From: Balanoglossus misakiensis
Taxonomy: Eukaryota > Animalia > Hemichordata
Direction of reading: 5' to 3'
DNA length: 64,000 nt
Assembly (NCBI GenBank): GCA_040954595.2
Contig: CM082580.2
Location: 1,478,783 to 1,542,782 of the forward strand
Below, one piece after another: positions 38,966 to 51,300 of the stretch (its first letter is position 1; the number at the start of each line of letters is the position of its first letter). The notes below the pieces were generated by a model. It saw only the letters and a program-made list of their open reading frames with translations, was not told the DNA's origin and did no database searches. The position numbers and the translations under genes were made by a program.

Positions 38966-40219
38966 ATTCATCTATTGCAAACAAAGAAAATATGTCTACC
39001 TAGGATAGAATGACTGGAACAGGTGCAGATCACTAGTATACAAAGCCAGTTCCTCCAAAACAATGAGAGGTAAAGTGCTGCGCTCAAGGGCACAATATCG
39101 CGGTCATGAAGTCACCATCCTCAAAACCCACGGCCATGTCCAGGTCTGGTTCTTGAACCCACAACCCTGTGCCCTCACCACAAGGCCATGATGTCTCCTC
39201 AAACTCTCCTCAAAAGTCTCCTGCTTTAGTCTAATCATTGTTAGAAATACTTTCTGCTTTGACCTTTTACATGAAGGATTTGATGCATACACACAGGCCA
39301 GTTGACAAGGAAAGCCTCTCAACATTGGTAAAACTGCATAATAATGATACATTGTAATTGAATATATTTGTGAACAAAAACAATCATGGCCTTTACACTA
39401 TTAGCTACAACATCTAACCCTCAAACCAATCTGATGAAAATATTTTTTGACCCAAAAATGGAGTAGAACAATTTGCATCTTTTATAGAACAGAAAAACAA
39501 CAGTTCATAAAAACAATGAAAGTGTCCTTTTGATATCCTATGGCAAAATCTTTTCTTGGTCCCATCAAAGTTATAACTGCCTTTTTTATTTGAAAATTTG
39601 ACAAAAAAGCCAGAGCGAATAATAATATGTGATGTGTAATAAATATTAATAAATATATTACTACCATTTTATGGAAGTACCCATTTAGAGTAATGAAAAC
39701 TTTAACAAACCACAAAAAAGGTTTTGTACATCACCACAATAGGATGAATTGGTTGTAAATGGCCATGTAAACATGTTGTATATTTGTCCTGTGAACTTTA
39801 GAATCTGGATTGTATGATTTCAAATATTTGCTCAGCAACAGATACCCAAGCCGTCACGCAGTTACACCCATTGGAAAATGGTATCACCCACACCAAGGTG
39901 GATGGAAGTTGGTCCTGGCGCTTTTTTTCCCATGATTCAAATTACAGTTAAGGCCATATTATAAATTCTGCCAACTTTCCCTCGATTTTGTAAAATACCT
40001 GACGACTTATACTTGACGAATATGTTTTTTTTTTCTGAAAGAGTGACCTCAAAGCTACCAAATTATGTAGAAAATCAGCTGGACCGGATTTCCCCTTTGA
40101 AAACAGTAAAACACAGGTGCAAGCTTTCTTTTATTATGGGTATGGCAGAGAAAGCTTTTGACTGCTGTCAAAATTCTCTGGCAAACACAGAAGGATTATG
40201 AAACTGAAAATGTTGATAA

Positions 40220-40749
40220 TACAGTGAAACCTGTCAATACAGACATCTCTCTAATCAGGACAGATTGTTCAAGACAAAAGTAATGGCTTGAATAGAATAT
40301 TACATGCACATTTCTTTTAAGGACACCTCTCTTTTAAAGGGACAAAGTCTCTCTCTCGCTGCCCTTTTTTCCATTAATAATGTTTGATACAAGACACTGT
40401 TTATGTTAATGTACATGTGTATATGTAGTGAATGAACATTCAACCATACACAACTTCCATCCCGCGTGTATGATATGGGAGTAAAAACTCACCCAAAACG
40501 AATAAATGGTAGAGACTGATTATTCATTTTGGCGATTTTTTTCACTCTCATGTCCACAAGCAGGATGGACTTTGTGTGTGGTTGAATATTGATTCACCAT
40601 ATATCCACATGTAGAAAAAACATAAATGGTGTCTTGTATCAAATATAATTAATGGAATAAGGGGCAGCGAGCGAGAGAGAGAGCCTGTATCCCTTAAAGG
40701 ACATGTTGTGTGATCCCAGAGGTGCCCTTACTTGGCAGGTTTCAATGTA
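40220..40749. mobile_element. Tigger-like MITE containing a nested ~330-bp palindromic element
   Basis: TA-CAGTGAAACCTG ... CAGGTTTCAATG-TA. Internally, CTCTCTCGCTGCCCT...GATACAAGACAC (~40350) pairs with GTGTCTTGTATC...GGGGCAGCGAG (~40630-40680). Confidence 0.7.
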
Positions 40750-40895
40750 CTTCGCACATCAGTTGTACTCCACTGTCGGTATCGAATCATTTCCTGGTTG
40801 ACATGGTGAGCTTTACATAAACAGATAAACCACCTCAAAAAGTGGGGCCCATAATTAGAGAATGGTTTTTAACCTCACAATTTTACCATAATTAC

Positions 40896-40994
40896 CTTGA
40901 AAATCGCAAAGTCTTCATATCGTCAAATAACTGCAATGCAGTACTCAGACCTTCAGAAATCATACCGTATTTCTCACCTGCTCCTGACAAAAAT
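40896..40994 (-). pseudogene. MED25: MED25 von Willebrand A-domain-like exon ([32 protein letters not shown])
   Basis: TATTTCAG acceptor, GTAATT donor, 99 bp, phase 2-2. The peptide closely matches the remembered MED25 segment [30 protein letters not shown]. Neighbouring VWA exons were not found. Confidence 0.75.
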
Positions 40995-41158
40995 CTGAAA
41001 TACAACACAGTACAATTATTTAACAAAAGGTGTATGTAAACAATGTCTACTCTGATTGTAGACAGATTTGATTAAACATTTTATGAAACATTTAAAGGTA
41101 GGAACCTCTAATAAAAGCCAGTGAGTCAAAGGACAAAACTGAGACTTTGTCCCTTTAA

Positions 41159-41243
41159 CCCTTTCACCCCCAGTTCCTTCTATACAGGTCGAACCTTTTC
41201 ATAGATAACAATGGGTTTAGACTGAACCTTGGTTGTGAAAGGG
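41159..41243. mobile_element. Tiny piggyBac-like MITE
   Basis: TTAA|CCCTTTCAC ... GTGAAAGGG|TTAA; a partial copy lies at ~20120-20175. Confidence 0.8.
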
Positions 41244-42236
41244 TTAATGGGCTTCAATAATGAGTTTTCTTTAAAATAAGAGGGTGTTACTTAAGGGTTA
41301 TTACACTAAGTTTGGTCGATAACGCGTCATATTTGAGTGATAGTATGCCAAACTTGCATGGTATGTACAGCGTGATTACTGCACACAAACATCCCTCTGC
41401 AATACACAAACACCATCCAACTTAAAATCAAATGCCTAACAAGTAGCTATTTGATATTTTGTGAATCGGTTTTATTCTATTCATATTATATTATTTTATA
41501 TGTGATGTTGATTAACTTGCATTTTTGTCAGAATAGAGTGGTATACATACAAGGTCTTTCTAATGTCAGGTGTCTATAAAAAGATAAGCCTGTTGCATCA
41601 TTGTATAAGTGGTATAAGTCCATGGTGCCAGTAAGAATTGGGGTAGGTCTTGTAATTGGAACAGTGCATGGGGGGGGGGGGGGGGCTGTTATGTGCACAG
41701 TATATGTTGTTGCAGACATTTGAATGAAATATGAAATAGCAAGAAATAGTGGGTGCATTTGTGCGACTCAATTTGTTACTATTATTTTGCAGAAGCTGAG
41801 AAAACACGCCAGTGCTGTGTACACACCTGTGCATCAAAAGGCTTCTCTGAGGATAGTCATTACACGCCCAAACGAGGGTAAATCATTCCCAGGGCAAACT
41901 ATGTAAGTGTCAGTTCTTCATGTAAGCACGCCATCGCTCACACTTCTGCATCCCCCCAGTCCACGTCAGTATATACATGCATAATACACCCCTTCTCTTT
42001 AGTACCTCATGTTATCCCATGCTTGCATTTTAATACACAGTTTAATTATGTAAATTTGTTGCTTTTAACAGGGAAACATTTTTTTTCTCAATGAATTTGT
42101 TGACATAGGTCATGTTTATTCTGAATGCAATCATTTAGCCTTCTCTTTGTAAGTAAGTGGGGATTGAATTTTGTGAGTACTAAATGACTTTCACACCAAT
42201 GTAATAATTATTGGTACTCTTTTTAATTTCAATCAG

Positions 42237-42977
42237 GTGATTCTAGACGAGGGCGAGCCTCTGCCACTGCAATATGAACGGCTTTCCAACTCCAACGTAG
42301 CGATTCCATCTGCCTGGTTGAGCATAACTTTAGGTAGATGCAAGAACAAGCCGCCATCTTACGTCATAAAAAAGCTGATGGATGGGTTGTTTAAAACCCG
42401 AACAACTGAGCGGGAAGAATACCAGCGCATTTATTGGAACACCCTACCAGCATGTTGTAACGGCACTGACTTGTAAGTAAAAGGTTTCTTTAAAATGTCG
42501 AAATGATTGTATTCTATGATAATGACATTTTTTGCATGTCCCTGGAGTGAAATTCTTTGATTGGCTATCCCATATTCACTGGATTCAAAATAAATATCAT
42601 TATAATGGTGCATCTCATCCTTATACATTTCATTTTATTTGTTCTGACCATCTACTACAAATACACTCGATGAAATTTATCAGTTAGGTCAACAGTTTTT
42701 GTACCTGAATGATATTAAGTTTTTTTCCTGAATTTTAGTTGAATTGTGTGACTTCCGGTTGGTGGAAATTACTCGTATTGGGCAACTGCATATGTAACAA
42801 TTATGCTTGGCAATCTTCTCCTTATTACTGCATGGTGTAACTGATATGTGTTTATTCTTCTCTTTTTCAGTATTTGGTGTCAACAAACTGAAGATGTCAA
42901 CAAAAGAGCTGATCCATGCATTCAACGCGAAATGCGCCACATGCAAACGGGCTGTCTTAAATAAAAACAGAGTGTAG
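42237..42977 (+). pseudogene. Spliced BEN-domain-like gene (exons 42237-42472 and 42871-42977) with one frameshift
   Basis: CAG/GTAAGT and TTTTTCAG splice sites. Correcting a +1 in an A-run gives PSYVIKKLMDGLFKPEQLSGKN...VVTALTLFGVNKLKMSTKELIHAFNAKCATCKR, which fits the BEN pattern (L..LF..E.L; N.KC...R). Confidence 0.7.
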
Positions 42978-43210
42978 TAGAGTAGGAAGTTTGTAGTGTA
43001 GTTTTTTATATTGGAAAAAAATTGTAGAGTAGCAAGTTTGTAGTGTAGTTTTTTTTATATTGAAAAAAAATTAGAGTAGCAAGTTGTTTGTAGTGTAGTT
43101 TTTTATATTGGAAAAACATTTTTTGCAGAGGAGCAAGTTGTGGTGTTTATATTTGTAGTGTAGCTTTTTTATTTTTTGAAAACCAATTTTTGTAGTGTGT
43201 AGTTTTACCA
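42972..43210 (+). repeat. Degenerate ~50-bp minisatellite (GTAGAGTAGCAAGTTTGTAGTGTAGTTTTTTATATTGGAAAAA)
   Basis: About 4-5 copies immediately after the BEN-like stop codon. Confidence 0.8.
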
Positions 43211-43334
43211 TGTTGATTTTTTAGATTTCTTAACCCTGTGATTAAAATAGATTTTTTTTTAAATAAAAACTGTTAATTATAGTTTGCTTGTCTCTGAGGT
43301 TTTATGGGGGGTGGGGGTGGGTGGTTCAATGGTA

Positions 43335-43615
43335 CCCCTAGTTAATTGTCTTGCTGCAAACTCACTGCAATGTTCAAATTTTCAAGGTGGCAATCTTGAT
43401 TGCTGTGAACTCACTGCAGTATTCAAATTCCTGTGAACTCACTGCAGTATTCAAAATCTTGTTGCTGGAAGTTTGCAACAAATTTGCAAGTCCCCTAATT
43501 TGCATGGTAAAATCAGGACTGTTTGCCACTTTGCAGCAGCAGTTTGCAGTGAGTTCGCAGAATCCTGCTGCAGATTTGCGGGAGGAGTTTGCAGCAGGCC
43601 CTTTTTTCGTAAGGG
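43335..43615. mobile_element. Small non-autonomous element with CCC..GGG ends and TGCAAACTCACTGCA subterminal repeats (EnSpm/CMC-like)
   Basis: CCCCTAGTTAATTGTCTTGCTGCAAACTC ... GAGTTTGCAGCAGGCCCTTTTTTCGTAAGGG; TSD unclear. Confidence 0.55.
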
Positions 43616-43937
43616 ATGTCCATATTATGGACATCACGAGGATGCGTCACGTTATCGACCAAACTTAGTGTAATAACCCCTTTATCATACATGAACAGTA
43701 GCCCATAGCCAAGTGTGACAGGGCGATGCGATCAGGTGATCAACGTATAGGCCGTAGTATCATTCTAAGAGGGTTGGCAGCTTTCATTATGATGGGCACA
43801 TGTGATTCAGGTCCCTCCCATCTACCTTAGCTGAGCTTGGGATCGCTTCGCCAAAGTTTATATGACAAGGGTGTTAGCCCATTCCTATCACAATAGGCTA
43901 GCTATATCGTTTATATGCCTTAATGAATTAATTAATA

Positions 43938-43999
43938 TGACTGACTGACGGACTGACTGACTGACTAACTGACTGACTCACTGAATGAATGAATGAAAG

Positions 44000-44033
<34 letters not shown>
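43938..44033 (+). repeat. Compound tetranucleotide microsatellite (TGAC)n(TGAA)n(TCAA)n
   Basis: Seen directly. Confidence 0.92.
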
Positions 44034-44034
<1 letters not shown>

Positions 44035-45249
44035 TACCCAGACATGGCATGGAGGGATTCACCTCCTGTTGAGATGTTCGCACCCCCTAGCAAATTGTCA
44101 CAGGTGGGGTGGTCAGTGGCCCTTAAAATGATGTCACTCACATGATAGAGATATTAATTACATAACTCCTTTCCAGAGTGTGCTCTATTTATAGTCTGCA
44201 CTATATACAGGTAAATGTGTAATGATATTTCAATAACTTTTGGAATCACAGGTCAGTAGAAAGGTTGATTGAACAAAAGGTTTTGAAATTCGTTCACCTT
44301 GTATTGGAACAGCTCTTACAGACATCACAACATCATTCAACGCTAAATCTTCGTAACTTTTACATACTGTTAATATAAATATAATTATTTTTCTTTAAAT
44401 TCATCCAAATATTACAATGTTTCTAGCAATTTCATAGCTGTATTATAGTTATTAAGATAATACTGTGTGTATGATATATACTTTGTGGATAGGATACAGA
44501 TCTTTGCTTATTACCAAGAATATAACACCATGTGTTTGGATTTTAAATGCAGTTCGGAGCTGACTGTGTTGCATTTTGACTGCAAAATTAAAATATTTAG
44601 TTACATTTCCTTGCATTTAGTGTTGAAAATGTCACTTTCAGCTTTAAAATGAGCACTGATATCTATGGAACTAGAAGAATTGTGCTTTCTATTCTACAAC
44701 ATACAACATTTACATTTAATCAAACAACAGGATGATATTTGACAGTCAATCAATAAATATAACATACGTGTGAGTTGCATGTACAAAACTAGACACATGT
44801 ATGTATGTGATATTTAAAGGGACATTAACTGTTACACATGCTCTACACAGAACTCCACTTGTCAGCATAACCTGTATGTGTGTAACGGCTATTGAAATGA
44901 ATTCTAGTCCAGACTTGAATTCAAATTCACAATAACAATACTGAACAGACACACCTATATTTCATCATTATTCAGGGATCTGAAGAAGACACTGCAGTAA
45001 ATACTTAAAACAAAAATACTGAAAACAAAGTGAAAAGTTACAGCTAATGAAGCTTTAACTATGTTCAGAAACAAGTAGAACAGGCAATCAAAACACATTA
45101 TAAACATTGAGAAAAACACCCAAAGTTACATGTACTACCGGTATCTATGAGGGCCCGTTCTGGTCAAAATTGTAGTTTATTAATAAAACATGTTAGAATT
45201 AATTTTACCAGTATATAGAATTATTTTTTATGTGCTTTAATTATTTTTT

Positions 45250-46752
45250 TGTAGTCATGCAGAATTAATTTTATGTGTTCTAAATAATTATTTTAGCTTA
45301 TCTTTGTTAGAAATAATTCTGCCAACATCTCGAATTATTTTTATGTGTAGACTCGAATTAATTTCACGTGTTGTGTCGAATTAATTTCACGTTGTCAAAT
45401 AATATTGCCCTTACAATCCTTTGCGCGTAAATCAAGATGGCGGCGGCTGAGCATGTCTTTCTCGCCGCATAAAGTTAAAAAAGGGGCCGTTGTACAAGTT
45501 GTGAAACGTTTTGGGGCGATTTGCTGTCCAATATAAATGCAGTGTGCTCGAAAACGGCGATCGGTCCACGAGTTTTGGTCTACAGACAGAATTTTCTAGT
45601 CAAACCACTCAAAACCACTACCAGTTGGTGTAATCGCCAGCCTTGCTATGGTATAGCCCAGCTCTGCGTACAGTGTTCTTGGCGTGGAGGCCGTGTCATG
45701 GCGGGAACACACAGACCTGTACACAGAGCAAGCTGTTGCCCCGCGTTGCCAATTCGCCTTGATTGAATAAATTTTGACATCTGAACATACAAAAATTGTG
45801 TTAATTTGTTATTTTCAGAACTAAGAAATAGCTGTAGGGCCCAGATCCCAGGAAACGGCGAATAAAATATTCCTTAAAATTTCCTTGTAAACTCAAGTTT
45901 TGTTTAAATAAATTTAAATAAAAAAGACAAAGTCTCTCTCTACATAACCATATTTAATGATAGCTTGCATTCTAGATTTACAACTGATAAGATAGGGTGT
46001 GGGGCATAGATAGTAAAGGGGCAGACCCCGAAGTCTCCACCTCCTCTGTAGGCTGCATTCACAAACACCATTGGAGGGTGGGGGGGGGGGGGGGGGGGTG
46101 GGCGAGAGAATTAAAAAATTTTACCGCTAATTTTCACATGCCCCCCCCCTCCCCCCGACACAACCCGAAATATTTACAAATCCCCCTTCCGAACTGCCAA
46201 AATTTTAAACACCCTCCCCCTCCATTTTCTTTCACAGAGCAAAACACATCACCTATCTATCTTGTAAAAGATGATATTAATTCGACACTACACCTGTAAT
46301 TAATTCAAGTCTACACGTAAAAAGAATTCGATATGTTGGCAAAATTATTTCTAACAAAGATAAGCTAAAATAATTATTTAGAACACATAAAATTAATTCT
46401 GCATGACTACAAAAAATAATTAAAAACATTGAATTCCCCCCAAAACGTCTCACAACTTGTACAACGGCCCCTTTTTCGAACTTTATGCGGCGAGAAAGAC
46501 ATGCTCAGCCGCCGCCATCTTGATTTAAGCGCAAAGGATTGTGGGGGCAATATTAATTTGACACAATGTAAAATTAATTCGACACAACACGTGAAATTAA
46601 TTCGACAAAACACGTGATATTAATTCGACACTACACCTGAAATTAATTCGAGTCTACACGTAAAAATAATTCGAGATGTTGGCAAAATTATTTCCAACAA
46701 AGATAAGCTAAAATAATTATTTAGAACACATAAAATTAATTCTGCATGACTA
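45250..46752. mobile_element. Foldback-like element with ~270-320-bp inverted arms plus an extra partial arm
   Basis: GTAGTCATGCAGAATTAATTTTATG...CAAGATGGCGGCGGCTGAGCATG...CGTTTTGGGG (45251-45516) is inverted at ~46437-46752; the outer part is repeated again at ~46275-46425. Confidence 0.85.
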
Positions 46753-48379
46753 CATGTCGGTCTCTGGCCCATGGACTATAACCAAACAATGATAGTCCCA
46801 AATAAAGCCAAGCCATCAACTCCAATTTTGGTTTATTGGTGATGTTTTCTGCGATCATGCTGGATGCAATGCGGATATAATAAAACTACTCTGTGAAAAA
46901 TATGTTTGTTTACAAATTTGTTCACCTTTGTGGGTATATTGAACAGAAAGGGTTACTCCCCTTAACCTCTCAACAAACAAACAATCTTGACAATATTTGT
47001 AAACATACATATTTTTGTCACACATTTTTATATTAAACAAACACACACACACACTGCAAAGCAGGAGGAAGAGCTCCCTGTGGTCTTCCCACAAACGTTG
47101 GAATCACACTGCAGTGGTCGCCTGATTCAACCAGTAAAGGTCACATGAGGTCATCAATTGTTGTCGGTTTTCTGGTTGAATATTCTCTGAAAGCACGCCT
47201 TAACATTGATATTTTGCAATTGGTGTCAATAGTAATGAACTTTAAATAATGGAGCATCACTCGGCCCCAGTTACTAAGTTGCGATAGGGCGAAATCAACA
47301 GCGGAAACTGATTGTCGATCGTCCATGTCTCAAGCTTACCTTGTTTACGGACTGAATCAGGGGACTACAGTAACGTTATCGCGATGAATGTGATTCTACC
47401 CACACATTAAGTCGTGAAAACTATCAGTGATATCTTAAAACACACTAAATACTGTAATGTTTCAATACTCACTCCGCCAAATCTGTATATAGGAATAATG
47501 ATGGTGGACAGTGTGGGGGGCCTGAACCCATGACTTGCAGAAAACAGCTGGTACTTGCTCGCTCCTTGGCTTTGCATGTTTTCCGCTATTCTTTCAGAGA
47601 AATATGACACCGTCCTGGATGTGTAACAAACACTGGCCAACTAACGTCCATAGAAAAGGCGACATTGGAGTTGACGACAGAAAAAACTGGCAGATTCTCT
47701 AGCCTGCGTGTCACACATGTGTTTACAACGAAGACACAGAACTGGTCAAAGGAAACGGGTCGAAGGTCAGCAACAGCGCCCTCTTGGGGTATATTCTGCG
47801 GAACTTTTGAAAGTTCCCGATCTCGTATCCTAAGGACGCCAGCAGAATTTCCTGCGGCATTTTAATTCTCATTCAAATATGAAAGAAACAAAACTAACCC
47901 GGTGTGAATTAGTTGGTTTAAAGGGGAGTTGGGGCAGGGTCTTCTTTCGGTAGTTTTGACCCCCAATAAGGCCTATTTACGGAGAGGATCTCTTATTCTT
48001 CAAATTTATTAATGGAAGTCGCGTATATGGGTAAGGGACCATTCAGTTTTTACGGCCGGGTGGGGCGGCAAAATCCATGGGGGGGGGGGGGGGGGGTCAC
48101 TTAAATTTTGAAGTCCGAAAGTGGGGGTAATCTTTTTTTTTTAAACGTTTAGGGGGTCACATACTTTTGCCGCAAAACTTTTGCTTTGAGTCCACAAAAT
48201 TGCAGTTTCGCGCCCTTAATTTTACAAGATTTTCTAATATGGGAGGGGGACACCCCATCCCACACCCACCCCTCCATTCTTCGCTACATTTCATTTATTG
48301 CCTGGTTTGTCTAGTGTACAAGGGCAGACTACTTGCCACACCACCACACCGATGCTTACTTTGAGTGGAGTGGCAAAAG

Positions 48380-51300
48380 TAAAATGCGCAGAACACATAG
48401 ATAGGCCTATGCGCATAAGAACGTTTTCCACTAGACTCTGTGGATCGACGGATAGTTCCAAAATGCCCATGGTTGCTTCCAAACAACTTCGTTTGTTTAC
48501 CGAATTCTGTTGTGAGGCACATAACACATAGATAGGCCTATGTGCATAAGAAAGTTTTCCACTAGACTCTGTAGATCGAGAGATAGTTCTAAAATATCCA
48601 TGGTTGCCTCAAAACACAGCCTCGTTTGTTTACAAAAATCTGTTGTGATGCGCAGAACACATAGATAGGCCTATGCGCATAAGAACGTTTTCCACTAGAC
48701 CTTTTAGATCGACGGATAGTTCTAAAATTTCCATGGTTGTTTCCAAACAGCCTCGTTTATTTACCGATTTCTGTTGTGAGGCGCTGAACACATAGATAGG
48801 CCTATGCGCATAAGAAAGTTTTCCACTAGACGCTGAAGATCGACGGATAGTTCTAAAATTTCCATGGTTGCTTCCAAACAGCCTCGTTTATTTACCGATT
48901 TCTGTTGTGAGGCGCAGAACACATGATAGGCCCATGCTCATAAGAAATTTTTCCACTAGACTTTGTAGATCGAGAGATAGTTCAAAAATTTCCGTGGTTG
49001 CTTCCAAACAGCCTCGTTTGTTTACAAAATTATTTTGTGATGCGCAGAACACATAGATAGGCCTATGCGCAAAAGAACGTTTTCCACTAGACTCTGTAGA
49101 TCGATGGATAGTTCTAAAATTTACATGGGTGCTTCTAAACAGCCTCGTTTATTTACCGATTTCTGTTGTGAGGCGCTGAACACATGATAGGCCTATATGC
49201 ATAAGAAAGTTTTCCACTATACTCTGTAGATCGACGGATAGTTGTAAAATTTCAATGGTTGCTTCCAAACAGCCTCGTTTATTTACCGAATTCTGTTGTG
49301 ATGCGCAGAACACATGATAGGACTATGCGCATAAGAAATTTTTCCACTAGACTCTGTAGATCGACGGGTAGTTCTAAAATTTCCATAGTTGCTTCCAAAC
49401 AGCCTCGTTTATTTACCGAATTCTGTTGTTAGGCGCAGAACACGTGATAGGCCTATGCGCATAAGAAAGTTTTCCACTAGACTCTGTAGATCGACGGATA
49501 GTTCTAAAATTGCCATGGTTGCTTCCAAACAGCCTCGTTAATTTACCGATTTCTGTTGTGAGGCGCAGAACACATGATAGGCCTATGCGCATAAGAAATT
49601 TTTCCACTAGACTCTGTAGATCGACGGATAGTTCTAAAATGTCCATGGTTGCTTCCAAACAGCCTCGTTTATTTAATGAATTCTGTTGTGATGCGCAGAA
49701 CACATGATAGGCCTATGCGCATAAGAATTTTTCCACTAGACTCTGTAGATCGACGGATAGTTCTAAAATATCCATACTTGCTTCCAAACAGCCTCGTTTA
49801 TTTACCGAATTATGTTGTGAGGCGCAGAACACGTGATAGGCCTATGCGCATTAGAAAGTTTTCCACTAGACTCTGTAGATCGAGAGATAGTTCCAAAATG
49901 CCCATGGTTGCTTCCAAACAACCTCGTTTGTTTACCGAATTCTGTTGTGAGGCACATAACACATAGATAGGCCTATGTGCATAAGAAAGTTTTCCACTAG
50001 ACTCTGTAGATCGAGAGATAGTTCTAAAATATCCATGGTTGCCTCAAAACACAGCCTCGTTTGTTTACAAAAATCTGTTGTGATGCGCAGAACACATAGA
50101 TAGGCCTATGCGCATAAGAACGTTTTCCACTAGACCTTTTAGATCGACGGATAGTTCTAAAATTTCCATGGTTGTTTCCAAACAGCCTCGTTTATTTACC
50201 GATTTCTGTTGTGAGGCGCTGAACACATAGATAGGCCTATGCGCATAAGAAAGTTTTCCACTAGACGCTGAAGATCGACGGATAGTTCTAAAATTTCCAT
50301 GGTTGCTTCCAAACAGCCTCGTTTATTTACCGATTTCTGGTGTGAGGCGCAGAACACATGATAGGCCCATGCTCATAAGAAATTTTTCCACTAGACTTTG
50401 TAGATTGAGAGATAGTTCAAAAATTTCCGTGGTTGCTTCCAAACAGCCTCGTTTGTTTACAAAATTATTTTGTGATGAGCAGAACAGATAGATAGGCCTA
50501 TGCGCAAAAGAACGTTTTCCACTAGACTCTGTAGATCGATGGATAGTTCTAAAATTTACATGGGTGCTTCTAAACAGCCTCGTTTATTTACCGATTTCTG
50601 TTGTGAGGCGCTGAACACATGATAGGCCTATACGCATAAGAAAGTTTTCCACTATACTCTGTAGATCGACGGATAGTTGTAAAATTTCAATGGTTGCTTC
50701 CAAACAGCCTCGTTTATTTACCGAATTCTGTTGTGATGCGCAGAACACATGATAGGACTATGCGCATAAGAAATTTTTCCACTAGACTCTGTAGATCGAC
50801 GGGTAGTTCTAAAATTTCCATAGTTGCTTCCAAACAGCCTCGTTTATTTACCGAATTCTGTTGTTAGGCGCAGAACACGTGATAGGCCTATGCGCATAAG
50901 AAAGTTTTCCACTAGACTCTGTAGATCGACGGATAGTTCTAAAATTGCCATGGTTGCTTCCAAACAGCCTCGTTAATTTACCGATTTCTGTTGTGAGGCG
51001 CAGAACACATGATAGGCCTATGCGCATAAGAAATTTTTCCACTAGACTCTGTAGATCGACGGATAGTTCTAAAATGTCCATGGTTGCTTCCAAACAGCCT
51101 CGTTTATTTAATGAATTCTGTTGTGATGCGCAGAACACATGATAGGCCTATGCGCATAAGAATTTTTCCACTAGACTCTGTAGATCGACGGATAGTTCTA
51201 AAATATCCATACTTGCTTCCAAACAGCCTCGTTTATTTACCGAATTATGTTGTGAGGCGCAGAACACGTGATAGGCCTATGCGCATTAGAAAGTTTTCCA

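Larger units (their letters stand above)
16943..40994 (-). pseudogene. Degenerate spliced MED25-like locus with four interposed calcium-binding EGF exons
   Basis: Nine exon-like segments, all on the minus strand with AG acceptors and (except the last) GT donors: 40896-40994, 38477-38738, 37867-38050, 37154-37276, 35782-35898, 23117-23236, 21151-21260, 18831-19082, ~16943-17266. At least four carry in-frame stops. Confidence 0.65.
41295..43679. mobile_element. ~2.4-kb TIR element with a cargo gene and no visible transposase
   Basis: GGGTTATTACACTAAGTTTGGTCGATAACG (41295-41324) is perfectly inverted at 43650-43679; TTAA on the left flank, CTTTAT on the right. Confidence 0.85.

Noticed and set aside
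47141-47326. ORF MDDRQSVSAVDFALSQ... as the first exon of the MED25-like locus
   Set aside because: No convincing similarity to the MED25 N-terminal DVVFVIEGTANLG motif and no supporting splice donor.
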